A stretch of 64,000 nucleotides of DNA from a virus: positions 32,001 to 96,000 of the IMG/VR virus record IMGVR_UViG_3300025121_000027; one strand, written 5' to 3'. Under the pieces are notes generated by a model that did not search any database, was not told where the DNA came from, and saw nothing but the letters and a program-made list of their open reading frames with translations. How positions within the stretch are numbered: the first letter of the stretch is position 1; every line of letters starts with the position of its first letter. Shown here piece after piece: positions 20,983 to 31,470 of this stretch. The position numbers were made by a program, and so were the translations under genes.

Positions 20983-22435
20983 ACTTGCGGCTTTATGCCT
21001 GTTACTGCCGGCTGTCTGCCTCGGGGAAACGTACCTTGACTTTGAGGAGTTTCCCGTAACAACCGGCAGCGTACCTGGCGATTCAACAAATTGGGAGTAT
21101 AGTTCAAACACTACAAACAACTACCCAGCGAATGTCGAGTCTAACACTTCTGGATGGAAAACGAAGAGTTATTTATCCGATGGGTATAATTGGTTTTACA
21201 GGGTCCAATCTTTTCAGGGTGATGGGTGTGATGACCATTATGGCCTAAAGACCTTCGGATACTTAACGATTTCATCAAATGGGTATACCGGAAATGCTCT
21301 CCAATACACCGTAACAGGTGGTCTTAGGGACGGAAATTGCTCCACGCTCTATGGCACCGAACTATATTGCAGAGAGCAGTATAGCGGGCCTGAAGATGTC
21401 TATACATCTGGCGAAATCGGGCATCCTTATATCTATTTCAAAAAGCTGAATAGCACATTGACGGCGCGGAACACGTCGGCTTTTTCTCAGATCACAGATA
21501 AAAACAGGTGGTCAGTTTATGTTTATCTGCCGAGTGGGTATGATAATGGGGCTGGTGGTAGTTCGCCGGTAGGTGCTTCTGCTGTTAGCAAGACTTCGCA
21601 GGTTGGTATATTCCGCGACCCTGCCAGCACCGCGTATCATCATTATTTCAACTTCTGCACGCAGGGCGGTGGTTGGGCAAAGTTCCAAATAGAAGAAACC
21701 ACCAACGGCGATAACGCTACAGACGGATCGACACGATACATCCCCAACCTCCTGACAAGCACATGGCAATTTTATATCACAACCTTGCCATATGCCGGAA
21801 ATGCCACTCCACCATATAATGTTCTTTACGATAATTTGTCTTTTGATTCGGACGCATACGCCAATCAGAACAACGAGACTATCTCGAACATCGCCATTAT
21901 GTATAACGGTAGCGGCGGGTGGGAAATTTCACTGAATGATAAATATAAAGATGCGACGACTGTCCGCTCGTATGCGACCTATGAACTTCGTTACTCCTTG
22001 TCAGGAGCTATAACAAACGAGAATTGGAATAGTGCCACTCCCGCTCAAATTACAGCAGACAGTAGATTCAGAATCCTCGCTCGGACTGACGGAAAATTCC
22101 AGAAGTGGGTAACGTACAGTCAATTTGTGTGGGCTCCATTTACCTTAGAGGTAGAAGACACGGCAGCTTTAACAGGTGGATCAACTGTGTACTTCGCGGT
22201 TAAAGATATTAGTCAAAATCCGGCAGATTTAACAGACCCAGTTGACGGAATCAACGGCTATTGGGCGACAAGCCAAGGCGGTAGAGATTATGTCGCTCAG
22301 TCAGCATACTTCGATTATGCGAACGACGAAGCCGCATTACCACTGATAAAAAGGATCAGCTACACCATCGCGGGGGTCGGAATCCGCCGCATGTCCGGCT
22401 CAGGCGCAGTAATACGCGGAGGAAGTTATAGATAG
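20960..22435 (+). CDS. signal-peptide-bearing hypothetical protein
   Basis: MLRILIKLAALCLLLPAVCLG/ET; aromatic/Gly-rich body. Confidence 0.55.
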   Translation: MMLRILIKLAALCLLLPAVCLGETYLDFEEFPVTTGSVPGDSTNWEYSSNTTNNYPANVESNTSGWKTKSYLSDGYNWFYRVQSFQGDGCDDHYGLKTFGYLTISSNGYTGNALQYTVTGGLRDGNCSTLYGTELYCREQYSGPEDVYTSGEIGHPYIYFKKLNSTLTARNTSAFSQITDKNRWSVYVYLPSGYDNGAGGSSPVGASAVSKTSQVGIFRDPASTAYHHYFNFCTQGGGWAKFQIEETTNGDNATDGSTRYIPNLLTSTWQFYITTLPYAGNATPPYNVLYDNLSFDSDAYANQNNETISNIAIMYNGSGGWEISLNDKYKDATTVRSYATYELRYSLSGAITNENWNSATPAQITADSRFRILARTDGKFQKWVTYSQFVWAPFTLEVEDTAALTGGSTVYFAVKDISQNPADLTDPVDGINGYWATSQGGRDYVAQSAYFDYANDEAALPLIKRISYTIAGVGIRRMSGSGAVIRGGSYR

Positions 22436-22489
22436 AAAGGCGAACATGAAATGAATAGCAGCAACTTTTACTTTTAGGACATTAAAATA

Positions 22490-22939
22490 ATGTTTTATCT
22501 TATATCTTCAGAAGCAATAAGAAAAGAGTTGAAACAGTTTGATATCTTCTTTGGAAAGAAGATATCAACAACTGAAAGTTTACTTGATACAAAATTTATT
22601 CTCTTATCAAAAGAAGAACTAAAAGAAACAATACAATGGGCTAATGGTAGAATAGCAGAAAATTACAATGTAAAACCAGAAGAAGTAAAGAGTTTGTGGA
22701 AATCATTGAAACATGATTGTGATGATTTTGCTAACGAACTTTGTACTTTTTCAAATATGCGTTTTGCTTTAATGAAAGAAGCAACTGCTTCACCAGCAAT
22801 TTTTAGAGTGATAGTAGATAGAAATCCACTTCCTCATGCTTTCAATATGTGTTTTACACAGCAAGGAATTTGGTATGCTGATCTTTCAAGAGGTGTAGAT
22901 ATATGGCAGGAAAATCCAACCATATTAGGATTCGGATGA
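22490..22939 (+). CDS. putative papain/transglutaminase-like cysteine peptidase
   Basis: DCDDFA ... HAFN Cys/His motif pair. Confidence 0.55.
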   Translation: MFYLISSEAIRKELKQFDIFFGKKISTTESLLDTKFILLSKEELKETIQWANGRIAENYNVKPEEVKSLWKSLKHDCDDFANELCTFSNMRFALMKEATASPAIFRVIVDRNPLPHAFNMCFTQQGIWYADLSRGVDIWQENPTILGFG

Positions 22940-23766
22940 TGAAAAAGTATTTTATCATATCTTTTTTTATTCTACTTTGCGCTTGCGGAAAACAATACCA
23001 ATTAGAGCGTACTGGTGTAGAGTTCGATGCAGACAACGATAATGTGTTCGACGACTCTTTCAAATTTGACGTGGATAATCTCTACGACGACGGCTCGGCG
23101 TTGTCTGCGGATATTCTTGCTTTACTTAAAGCAGACTCTGCTGCTGACACGGGAATAGCATTTTTCACAAATGCAAACGCTACGACTATTTTTGGGTTCA
23201 CTTACACCGATCTTGATTTCGGCGCATTTACTGGCTCGACGATTCCAGACGATAGCGATGCGAAGGAAGCATTTCAAGCCCTTGAAACAGAAGTAGAGAC
23301 AAAAGCAGACACCACAGGAACGGTTGGGGCTTTTACTCTTGCCGATCAAACAAGCCAAATAGTGGACTTTCTCAGCCTGACCGCTGGCGAAGCGATTACG
23401 GCAGGAAATCCCGTTTATGCCAAATGGGACGCCGGATTGGAAGAGATATGTATTTTTGCATACGACGCAGACGCGGCAGACGCGGCAGACTTCTTTATGC
23501 TTGGAATAGCAAGCTCAAGCGCAAGCGCAGAAGCCGCAGTACAAGTATGGGTTGGCAAAGCGATGCTGATGAGACGCGATACCTTTTCTTTCCCCACGGC
23601 CACTTACGGAAAGCCATTGTGGTCAACGACTACGGCGGGTGGGATTAGTTCAACACCACCTCCAACAGCCGGAGATCATGTAATCAAAATTGGTACTGCC
23701 GTTGCAGCAAACTACATTCTGTATCGCTTCAGTATTGATGATACTCAACGGGAGCCAGCCCCATGA
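22936..23766 (+). CDS. putative lipoprotein with capsid-cement-like C-terminal domain
   Basis: MKKYFIISFFILLCAC lipobox; AGEAITAGNPVY...LGIA motif. Confidence 0.5.
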   Translation: MMKKYFIISFFILLCACGKQYQLERTGVEFDADNDNVFDDSFKFDVDNLYDDGSALSADILALLKADSAADTGIAFFTNANATTIFGFTYTDLDFGAFTGSTIPDDSDAKEAFQALETEVETKADTTGTVGAFTLADQTSQIVDFLSLTAGEAITAGNPVYAKWDAGLEEICIFAYDADAADAADFFMLGIASSSASAEAAVQVWVGKAMLMRRDTFSFPTATYGKPLWSTTTAGGISSTPPPTAGDHVIKIGTAVAANYILYRFSIDDTQREPAP

Positions 23767-26456
23767 AGTATATCCTATCTCTTATTTTTTTACTCTTCGC
23801 GGCTCAAGCAAGTGCTGCAACCTATTACGTTACTCAAAGCGGAGATGGTTCTGGCGATGGTTCCACCTTAGGAAACGCCGCGAGCATAGCAACCCACAAT
23901 GCCGGGACAGGGGTATTTGCCGACCTATCCGGCGATACCGTGAGCATGTCGGGAAATATCACAACAACCCTTCAAGCACGAACCGGAGCCACCTATGGCG
24001 GCACGGCTACCTTTACCACTTACAGCGCGAATTCCACTTCAATAAATATCTCCGGCGTCAGCAACGTCACGGTTCAAGACACCACAGTAGATTGGGACCA
24101 CACCACGGCGATGGGTTCGACCCTTATCAACTTGTATGGTATCAGGGTTATAAACAGCTCCAATATCTCAATTGATCATAATACCATCACCGAAACGCCC
24201 AATGCGATCCTTATTTATACTGATTCTGACACAGTGAGCATCACCCGCAATACTTTCCAAAGAAATACTGAAACCGGCATTTTCATGACGGCGACCTGGG
24301 ACCACCCGATAACCAACGTCACCATCGGCGGTTCGGCGGTCAACGCTAATACTTTTATCGAGAACACCTATAAGACTCTTTGGGGCAGTAATACAGTAGG
24401 TTACGACATTCGGGCCGATCAATCTACTTCTCATTTGGTTGTCAGCCACAACCATCACTACTCCAATACCGCCAACTACATGATGTCCGCGCTACTTTTG
24501 CATGGGACTAAAAACGTGCTGGTCGAACACAACAAGATGCACGCCAACCGCGCTTTCAACGCAAGGCCGATGATCTCTATCAAGGGAGCGGACACCGCAA
24601 CGACGACAGACGCTTATAAGGCTCCATATAATATCATTATTCGCTTTAATGAGTTGTGGGACTTGGACGTAGCGTTGAATCCGTACACCGCTCCGGCTCA
24701 AGATGGTATATCGGTATCCGGCAACTGGCACGACATTTATATTTACGGCAACTGGATTCGTGACGCCGATATGGGGATTGATTTTAACCCCGGCAACTGG
24801 TCGTCTCCTGCGACAGATACAGACGGGGTGCATGTTTACAATGGGTTTGTTTGGGCCAATATAATTCAGGATTCCGTAACTGGCTTGTCGATCACTGAAT
24901 ACTCCGCGACTGACCGTTTCCAAAAGATTTACTACCTAAACAACACCGTCCACAATGCTGGCGCGTTTTTATTGGCAGCATCAGGCAATCGCCTGGAAAA
25001 CGTCTATGTGAAGAACAACATAATCCACACTTCTCCGAACGGTTCTTATACTTTCCGCGCTCCCGTTCCGACAAGCTACACGGTTGAAACAGATTATAAT
25101 ATGCACTGGCCCTCAAGCCATGCCAATGTATACTGGCAAAATTCTGCCTCTTGTACTCCGTGCGCTTATAATTCTGCCAATGTACCAACAGGCCAAGGAG
25201 ACAATGACCTTTCAGCCGACCCTCTGTGGATGAACTGGCACCCAGGAGATTATCGACTTTCGGTCGGCTCCACGGCTATCGGCGCAGGCGTGACAGTAGC
25301 AAATACAGATCTACCATCATTTGACAATCTAATTACGATTCAAGGTGTTACATATTGTAATAATAGTAGCGGCTCTTGCGATCAACTCTTATCTTTCGGC
25401 TATGGCCTGGGGGATGACTCTACTTTGACCATGGAGAGTTACGCTCCAACCTGGACGGCCAGATCGGGGGCATGGGACTTGGGCGCAGTTCTTCACGGTG
25501 GATCGGAAGCAGATATAACCCCACCAACGGTAACGAGCGCAACGATTGATTCGACCGGACTTTTACTGACCATTTTATTTGATGAGTCCTGCACTGGGAA
25601 TGCCGGGTTTACTATCACGCCGTCTGGTGGCGCGGCCACACTGACCTATGCCAGCGGGACCGGGCCAAATCGAGTTTATGATATATCCCGCGCTATCGAC
25701 TATGACGAAACCGTTACCTTTTCTTATACAGCCGGTGATGTTGAGGACATAGCAACCAACGCACTCGCGACCATTACTACCGTAGCCGTTGTAAACAACT
25801 CCAATGAGGGATATACGGCGGCAACGGGATTGATTCGGAACAAAGTGCCTGACCCGGTTTGTAACCTTGTGACAAACCCCACAATTAATAAAGTGGCATA
25901 TGCTCCAGCGCCGTCACCTACTCCGTCATATGCATGTTCCGAAACTGCATACAGATCAGTTACACAAAGCGGAACACTCAAAGACTCTCTTGCTGATAGC
26001 TATCTGAGAATATTTTGGGGGCAAGTAATTACAGCCGGGGAAGCTGACAGGGATATTTGCACAGTCACTTGGGACATTTCCAGAACAGCGGGAGATACCA
26101 GTAGTAAAACGTATGTCACCGAAATCTGGTCACTCGGTGGAAGCAACGAACTTGATACTCTCTTGGGCCAGTCCGATACATTGACCGGGTTCAATTCTGC
26201 GTCCACAACAAGAGTCACTTTTACTTTCAGCCCCGCCGTAACAGCAGCAGCGGGCAACGCTATAATTTTGCGAAGGTACAACACAACAGATGGAGATGCT
26301 TCAAACTATATCTCGGTGCATTACGTGTCCTCAAATGCTGATAGCAGCTACAGTTCAAAGGCCAGATGGCGTGATACGGGTGCGCTTGGCACGTCGGGGA
26401 TTGAAACCACGGTGGATTTAAGTGGAACATTCCACGCGTACGTTTTGGTAGAATAG
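23763..26456 (+). CDS. signal-peptide-bearing right-handed beta-helix (pectin-lyase-like) protein
   Basis: AQASA/ATYYVTQSGDG, many N-x-I-x-x-N coils, DYRLSVGSTAIGAG, DLGAV. Confidence 0.75.
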   Translation: MKYILSLIFLLFAAQASAATYYVTQSGDGSGDGSTLGNAASIATHNAGTGVFADLSGDTVSMSGNITTTLQARTGATYGGTATFTTYSANSTSINISGVSNVTVQDTTVDWDHTTAMGSTLINLYGIRVINSSNISIDHNTITETPNAILIYTDSDTVSITRNTFQRNTETGIFMTATWDHPITNVTIGGSAVNANTFIENTYKTLWGSNTVGYDIRADQSTSHLVVSHNHHYSNTANYMMSALLLHGTKNVLVEHNKMHANRAFNARPMISIKGADTATTTDAYKAPYNIIIRFNELWDLDVALNPYTAPAQDGISVSGNWHDIYIYGNWIRDADMGIDFNPGNWSSPATDTDGVHVYNGFVWANIIQDSVTGLSITEYSATDRFQKIYYLNNTVHNAGAFLLAASGNRLENVYVKNNIIHTSPNGSYTFRAPVPTSYTVETDYNMHWPSSHANVYWQNSASCTPCAYNSANVPTGQGDNDLSADPLWMNWHPGDYRLSVGSTAIGAGVTVANTDLPSFDNLITIQGVTYCNNSSGSCDQLLSFGYGLGDDSTLTMESYAPTWTARSGAWDLGAVLHGGSEADITPPTVTSATIDSTGLLLTILFDESCTGNAGFTITPSGGAATLTYASGTGPNRVYDISRAIDYDETVTFSYTAGDVEDIATNALATITTVAVVNNSNEGYTAATGLIRNKVPDPVCNLVTNPTINKVAYAPAPSPTPSYACSETAYRSVTQSGTLKDSLADSYLRIFWGQVITAGEADRDICTVTWDISRTAGDTSSKTYVTEIWSLGGSNELDTLLGQSDTLTGFNSASTTRVTFTFSPAVTAAAGNAIILRRYNTTDGDASNYISVHYVSSNADSSYSSKARWRDTGALGTSGIETTVDLSGTFHAYVLVE

Positions 26457-26464
26457 GAGATTAA

Positions 26465-27073
26465 ATGCAATATCTCTGGTTCATACTTCTTCTTGCTATC
26501 TATACACCTTCACAGGCAGCACAGGTGGTGCTCCAATGGGATGCTAATAATCCTACGCCGCAGGGCTACCGTATTTTCCAGCGGTCTGAAAATGGGCAGT
26601 ATAACTATCTTCAACCTGTATGGACTGGCACGGCTACTACAACTACTATAGAGAATTTATTTGAAGGTGTTCCGTATTACTTTGTAGCTCGCGCCTTTGT
26701 TGGTTCCGATGAAAGTGGAGACTCAAACGAAGTTATGTTTATTGCTCCTGTTATTCCAATTCCAGTAATTACTCCAGTTCCAAGCTCGGAGCCAACTCCA
26801 ATGCCTCCGAAGTGCTTCCCGATTTCTGGATCAGCTGGATTTATTTCTACCATTGCTCCTGGTGAATATACTATCAAAGACAATGGTAAACTGTGGACAT
26901 TGACTATTGTTGATGTACTACCAAAGACTAACTTTTCCGGCAATATCATTACCAAGACGTTTCACAGAGAAGAGTGTAGATACTATAAATGTTTAACATG
27001 CACCGCTAATTTTGTGACCAGAGAAGCAGCTATTGCAGCAGGATATAAACCGTGCGGAACGTGTAAGCCATAA
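26465..27073 (+). CDS. exported FN3 protein with C-terminal Ada-type Zn-binding domain
   Basis: VLQWD..GYRIF..YYFVARA (FN3), Pro-rich linker, FHREECRY...AIAAGYKPCGTCKP. Confidence 0.7.
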   Translation: MQYLWFILLLAIYTPSQAAQVVLQWDANNPTPQGYRIFQRSENGQYNYLQPVWTGTATTTTIENLFEGVPYYFVARAFVGSDESGDSNEVMFIAPVIPIPVITPVPSSEPTPMPPKCFPISGSAGFISTIAPGEYTIKDNGKLWTLTIVDVLPKTNFSGNIITKTFHREECRYYKCLTCTANFVTREAAIAAGYKPCGTCKP

Positions 27074-27347
27074 AAGTATAGGAGATTGGAAGATGGGGTT
27101 TGATAAGTTAAGCGATGCAAAAATAAAATTGCTTCAGTGGATGATAGGAATACTTCTAACAACTCTGACAATTAGTGGCGCATGGACAATGCAGCAAATT
27201 TATCAACTTAAATGCGATCTACCAAAAGAGTATGTTATGCTTGAAAGATATCAAGCGGATCATAACTCGTTAGAAAGAAGCATAGATAATATAGATAAAA
27301 AGTTGGATAGATTAATAGAGAGAAGCGGTTGTATTGATAAGCAATAA
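27033..27347 (+). CDS. single-TM coiled-coil membrane protein (lysis/holin-associated?)
   Basis: WMIGILLTTLTISGAW TM followed by SIDNIDKKLDRLIE; true start probably downstream. Confidence 0.45.
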   Translation: MQQDINRAERVSHKSIGDWKMGFDKLSDAKIKLLQWMIGILLTTLTISGAWTMQQIYQLKCDLPKEYVMLERYQADHNSLERSIDNIDKKLDRLIERSGCIDKQ

Positions 27348-27362
27348 AAAAGGAATACGGTT

Positions 27363-29864
27363 TTGACAATCTTCTCTAAAATATTTGGATCGAAAAACAA
27401 AAAAGAAAGTCGAATAGCTCGCTTGCTATTTTCTTCTGGTGGCGGTGCTATTTATAGTGAAAAGAACTATGAAAATTTCAGCAGAGAAACATATCTAAAA
27501 AATGTGATTGGTTTTAGATGTATTCTTGAAATTGCTCAAGCTTGTTCTTTTGTGGATTGGTATCTTGAAAAAAGAATATCTCAAGATCAAACAGAAATAG
27601 TAACAGATCATGAAGTAAATAATTTGCTACATAGACCAAATAGAGATAACTCTTGGTCTATGTTAATGTATAGATCGGCGGCATTTCTTGCTTTATCTGG
27701 TAATACTTTTTTTGAGAAAGTACGATTACAAACAAGAAATGCAAAGTTTCCTTCTGAAATGTATGTACTTAGACCAGATAGAATTACTTTGGTTCCAGGC
27801 GATAATGGAAGATTAAAACAATACGAATATACTACAAATCAAGGCAAAGAATATTTTGATATAGACCCTATAACTAATGAATGTGATTTACTTCATGTTC
27901 ATACTTTTCATCCAACAAATGATTTTTGGGGCGCTGGTCCGGTTGAGCCAGCAAGTAGAGAAATAGATATCTCCAACGAAACAACTGATTGGAACATGTC
28001 TTTGATTCGCAATCAGGGGCGACCAGGGATGGTTTTTACTATTGTTGGAGATATGGGAGATGATGATTTTGCAGCTTTTGAAAGAACTTTAAATGAAAAA
28101 TTTACTGGCCCATCTAATGCCGGAAAGAATATAGTAATTACAGGAGACAATGGAACAAAAGCAGAACCTTATTCTTTTACTCCACAAGAGATGGAGTTTG
28201 TAGAAGGAAGCAGAGAATCGGCAAGAAGAATTGCTTTATCTTTTGGTGTTCCGCCTATGCTTCTTGGTGTTCCTGGGGATAACACGTATTGTTTGCCTGC
28301 TGATGCAACAATATCTACTCCTAAAGGGCCAAAAGAGATTGTAAATCTTTCAAAAGGCGATTTTGTTTATTCTCTTGTAGATGGACAAATGAAGGCTATG
28401 TCTGTTTCTTGGCAAGGCAAGGTCGGCAGGAAACAACTTTATAAAGTAAAAACTAAGAATAGAGAAGTTGTTGCTACTTCTAATCATCCTTTTCTTGTTC
28501 GAGAATCATTTAAAATTGAATCTCCTAATATTGGAAAAAGGCGCAGTAAAGAAATTGAATATCGTCTTGTCTATAAGGAACTTAAAGACATTAAAGTTGG
28601 CGATGTATTAGTTCAAGCCAGTAGCCTGCCAACTTTTGAGGAAAGCAATCCTTATAATATCTCTATAGAAGAGATGGAACTTTTAGGACTTTATCTCGGA
28701 GATGGGTATTGTTCTAAGCCGGTAATGATTGGAGACGGCAAAGGATATAAAAGAGGCGGTAGTTTTATTATAGCGGCAAGTCCAAATGCTTCTTATAGAA
28801 ATTATTATTTAAACATAGTGCAAAAACTTACTGGATCAGAAGGCCACATCGGGAAAAATTGTGTTGCTTTTGGAAGTTCTTCATATGTCAGGCGCATAGA
28901 TTATCTTGGCTTTAGCGGTACTGCTCATCAAAAAAGAATACCGGAGTGGGTATTCTCGATGCCAGAAGAATATAAGCTTGCTTTACTTAGAGGTTTGATT
29001 GATTCTGATGGCAGTATTGATAAGAATGGCAGAGCTTCTTTTGCACTTTGTAATAAAAACCTTATCAAAGACATATGGAGCCTTTGTTTATCTTGTAGTT
29101 TGCAAGTCGGAAGTGTTTGTACAAGAGAAAGAGAAGCAACACTTCCGAATGGCAAAAAATTTAATCAAATATATCATATTTTTATGATTTCATGCGCTTC
29201 TGATGTTGCTAAAATAGGAACGCATACGACAGTTTATAAAGAAAGAATACAGGCTAATGTTTTTAAAGATAAAAAGCAACTTCTTTCTGCTACTGGAGGC
29301 AATTCGAGTTTTGAAAAAATTACTTCTCTTTTAAATACAAATGAGTTTCATTTTGCTAAAGTAGTTGATATAGAAAAGCAAGATGTTCAAGATGTTTATG
29401 ACATTGAAGTAAATGGTAGCCACAATTTTATAGCCGAAGGCATTGTTGTTCATAACTCAAACCTCAAGGAAGCGCGTCAAGCATTTTATGAAGGAACAGT
29501 TCAATTCTATTTAAATATGCTTTGTTCCGAATTAAACAATTGGTTGTTTAAGCCAGAGGATAAATTAGCTATCCGATATGATATGGATAATGTTCCCGCT
29601 CTTGAACCAAGATGGGAAAGTAAATGGAAAAGAGCAGAGAACGCGGACTTCCTTACTATCAACGAAAAAAGAGAATTGACTGGTTATGAGAAGTATGAAG
29701 GTGGAGATGTAATTCTTGTTCCGATGGGGATGCAAACTCTTCAAATGGCAACTGAAGAAAAAGAAGAAGAAATAGAAAATATTGAAGATGATGCAAAAAA
29801 AGTATCTGTAACTGATGAAGAGTTTGAACTTCTAATGGGTTTAAGAGAGAAATGGAATGAGTAA
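27363..29864 (+). CDS. HK97-family portal protein with LAGLIDADG intein
   Basis: LLHRPN, LALSGN, LRPDRI, IALSFGVPPMLLG, LTINEKRE. Confidence 0.92.
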   Translation: MTIFSKIFGSKNKKESRIARLLFSSGGGAIYSEKNYENFSRETYLKNVIGFRCILEIAQACSFVDWYLEKRISQDQTEIVTDHEVNNLLHRPNRDNSWSMLMYRSAAFLALSGNTFFEKVRLQTRNAKFPSEMYVLRPDRITLVPGDNGRLKQYEYTTNQGKEYFDIDPITNECDLLHVHTFHPTNDFWGAGPVEPASREIDISNETTDWNMSLIRNQGRPGMVFTIVGDMGDDDFAAFERTLNEKFTGPSNAGKNIVITGDNGTKAEPYSFTPQEMEFVEGSRESARRIALSFGVPPMLLGVPGDNTYCLPADATISTPKGPKEIVNLSKGDFVYSLVDGQMKAMSVSWQGKVGRKQLYKVKTKNREVVATSNHPFLVRESFKIESPNIGKRRSKEIEYRLVYKELKDIKVGDVLVQASSLPTFEESNPYNISIEEMELLGLYLGDGYCSKPVMIGDGKGYKRGGSFIIAASPNASYRNYYLNIVQKLTGSEGHIGKNCVAFGSSSYVRRIDYLGFSGTAHQKRIPEWVFSMPEEYKLALLRGLIDSDGSIDKNGRASFALCNKNLIKDIWSLCLSCSLQVGSVCTREREATLPNGKKFNQIYHIFMISCASDVAKIGTHTTVYKERIQANVFKDKKQLLSATGGNSSFEKITSLLNTNEFHFAKVVDIEKQDVQDVYDIEVNGSHNFIAEGIVVHNSNLKEARQAFYEGTVQFYLNMLCSELNNWLFKPEDKLAIRYDMDNVPALEPRWESKWKRAENADFLTINEKRELTGYEKYEGGDVILVPMGMQTLQMATEEKEEEIENIEDDAKKVSVTDEEFELLMGLREKWNE
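28290..29456 (+). mobile_element. intein (389 aa) with LAGLIDADG homing endonuclease
   Basis: CLPADATI...ATSNHPFL...LLGLYLGDG...LLRGLIDSDG...HNFIAEGIVVHN/S. Confidence 0.92.
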
Positions 29865-30525
29865 AGTAGAAGTTTTTGAAGACTTAAATATAAATGATTT
29901 CCTGAAAGCCGGAAGAGCTAAAATTGGTTCTAATGATGGCTATACAGAGATAGAAGAAGATGGCACTCTTCGCTTTGATGGGGCTGCTGTTGTTTGGGAT
30001 GATATTAGAATAGTTCCTGGTGTTTTTGATTTTCCTGGCATTGCTGATCCGGTTCTTGATAACTGGCAACCAGGGGGGGCAGGAGCAACATATAAAGTAT
30101 GGGTATTTGCTCAAAATGACGAAGTACATACTACTGTTCAACTTCCACACAAATATAAAGAAGGCTCAGATATTTATGCTCATGTTCATTGGACACCAAG
30201 AACAAGAGGAAATGAAGAAATTGGAAAAACAGTTGCTTGGAAAATAGATGTTTCTTGGTCAAACAATGGAGAAGTATTTCCTTCATCTACAACGTATGAT
30301 TTAACCGATACTTGTACAGGTACAGATAATTTACACGAAAAGACTTCTGATGTTTTACTTAGTGGCGTAGATAAAAGAATATCTTCGATGCTTGAAATTA
30401 GATTATATAGAGATGCAACCGATGATTGGGCAGGAGTATTAGCGGCGCAACTTCCAGCATTTCTTGAATTAGATTTTCATTTTCAAATTGATACAGCAGG
30501 AAGCAGAGAAAGTCATAGTAAATAA
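29857..30525 (+). CDS. putative virion protein
   Basis: VWDDIR, QLPHKYKEGSDIYAHVHW, ELDFHFQID. Confidence 0.45.
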   Translation: MSKVEVFEDLNINDFLKAGRAKIGSNDGYTEIEEDGTLRFDGAAVVWDDIRIVPGVFDFPGIADPVLDNWQPGGAGATYKVWVFAQNDEVHTTVQLPHKYKEGSDIYAHVHWTPRTRGNEEIGKTVAWKIDVSWSNNGEVFPSSTTYDLTDTCTGTDNLHEKTSDVLLSGVDKRISSMLEIRLYRDATDDWAGVLAAQLPAFLELDFHFQIDTAGSRESHSK

Positions 30526-31323
30526 ATGTTTAATGTTTCAGATGATAATGCAGCAAAATATCAAAAGTATTTACTGCGATTAATGGGTAAATTTGAAAGA
30601 GGCATGATTCAAAGAATTTATCCAGTTCTTCAATCGACGTATGAAGAAGCATCTAAACTTGTAGAACATGGACAATCTGATTTTTCTATCGTTATAGAAA
30701 AACATAGACAAGCAATGCAGAAACAATTACAGAAAGAATATGACAACCTATTAGCTTATTTTGGTACGTTTACTTTTGATCAATTTAAGAAAGCATACCA
30801 AAAAGAAATAACAGTTTTAGAGACAAAAGGAATGGAAGATATTTATTGGCAAAATATAAAACAGTGGTCTCAAATAAGTGTTTTATATAAGTCCAGAGAG
30901 ATATCGAAAACAACGAACAAACTGATACAGTCCTTAATACGAAATGGAATGAGGGCTGGCTTATCTAATGCTGAGATAGTAAACGAGTTGATGGATAAAA
31001 GAAAGACTTTTAACAAGGTAAGAGCTACAAGGATAGTAAGAACAGAAACACACTCGGCGGCAAACAAATCAATAGATGAAGCGGTAAGAAGCACCGGCTA
31101 TGTTCACGATAGAGTTTGGCGGGCAACATTAGATGATAGAGTTAGAGGGGCAAATCCAAAAGATAGATTTAATCATAAAATAGCAAATGGCCAAAAGAGA
31201 GATTTAAACACTCCTTTTGATGTATCTGGAGACAAGTTGATGTTTCCAGGTGATCCAAAAGGTAGAGCTGGAAATATTGTGAATTGTCGTTGCGTCACCA
31301 GCTATCATACTAAAAGAGCATAG
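30526..31323 (+). CDS. head morphogenesis protein (MuF/SPP1 gp7)
   Basis: RATRIVRTET, WRATLDDRVR, LMFPGDP..NIVNCRC. Confidence 0.9.
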   Translation: MFNVSDDNAAKYQKYLLRLMGKFERGMIQRIYPVLQSTYEEASKLVEHGQSDFSIVIEKHRQAMQKQLQKEYDNLLAYFGTFTFDQFKKAYQKEITVLETKGMEDIYWQNIKQWSQISVLYKSREISKTTNKLIQSLIRNGMRAGLSNAEIVNELMDKRKTFNKVRATRIVRTETHSAANKSIDEAVRSTGYVHDRVWRATLDDRVRGANPKDRFNHKIANGQKRDLNTPFDVSGDKLMFPGDPKGRAGNIVNCRCVTSYHTKRA

Positions 31324-31470
31324 TATTGTGCAAAATGAAGAAGATAAAGATAAAGAGAAAAAGAAATCATGCGACACTTGCGCTTATGTAGGTGTTGCAT
31401 TTTGTGATAAATGTAAAGATTTCAGTCTTTGGTATCCAGGGGATAACAACAGCGATGAGGAGAAAAAAAG

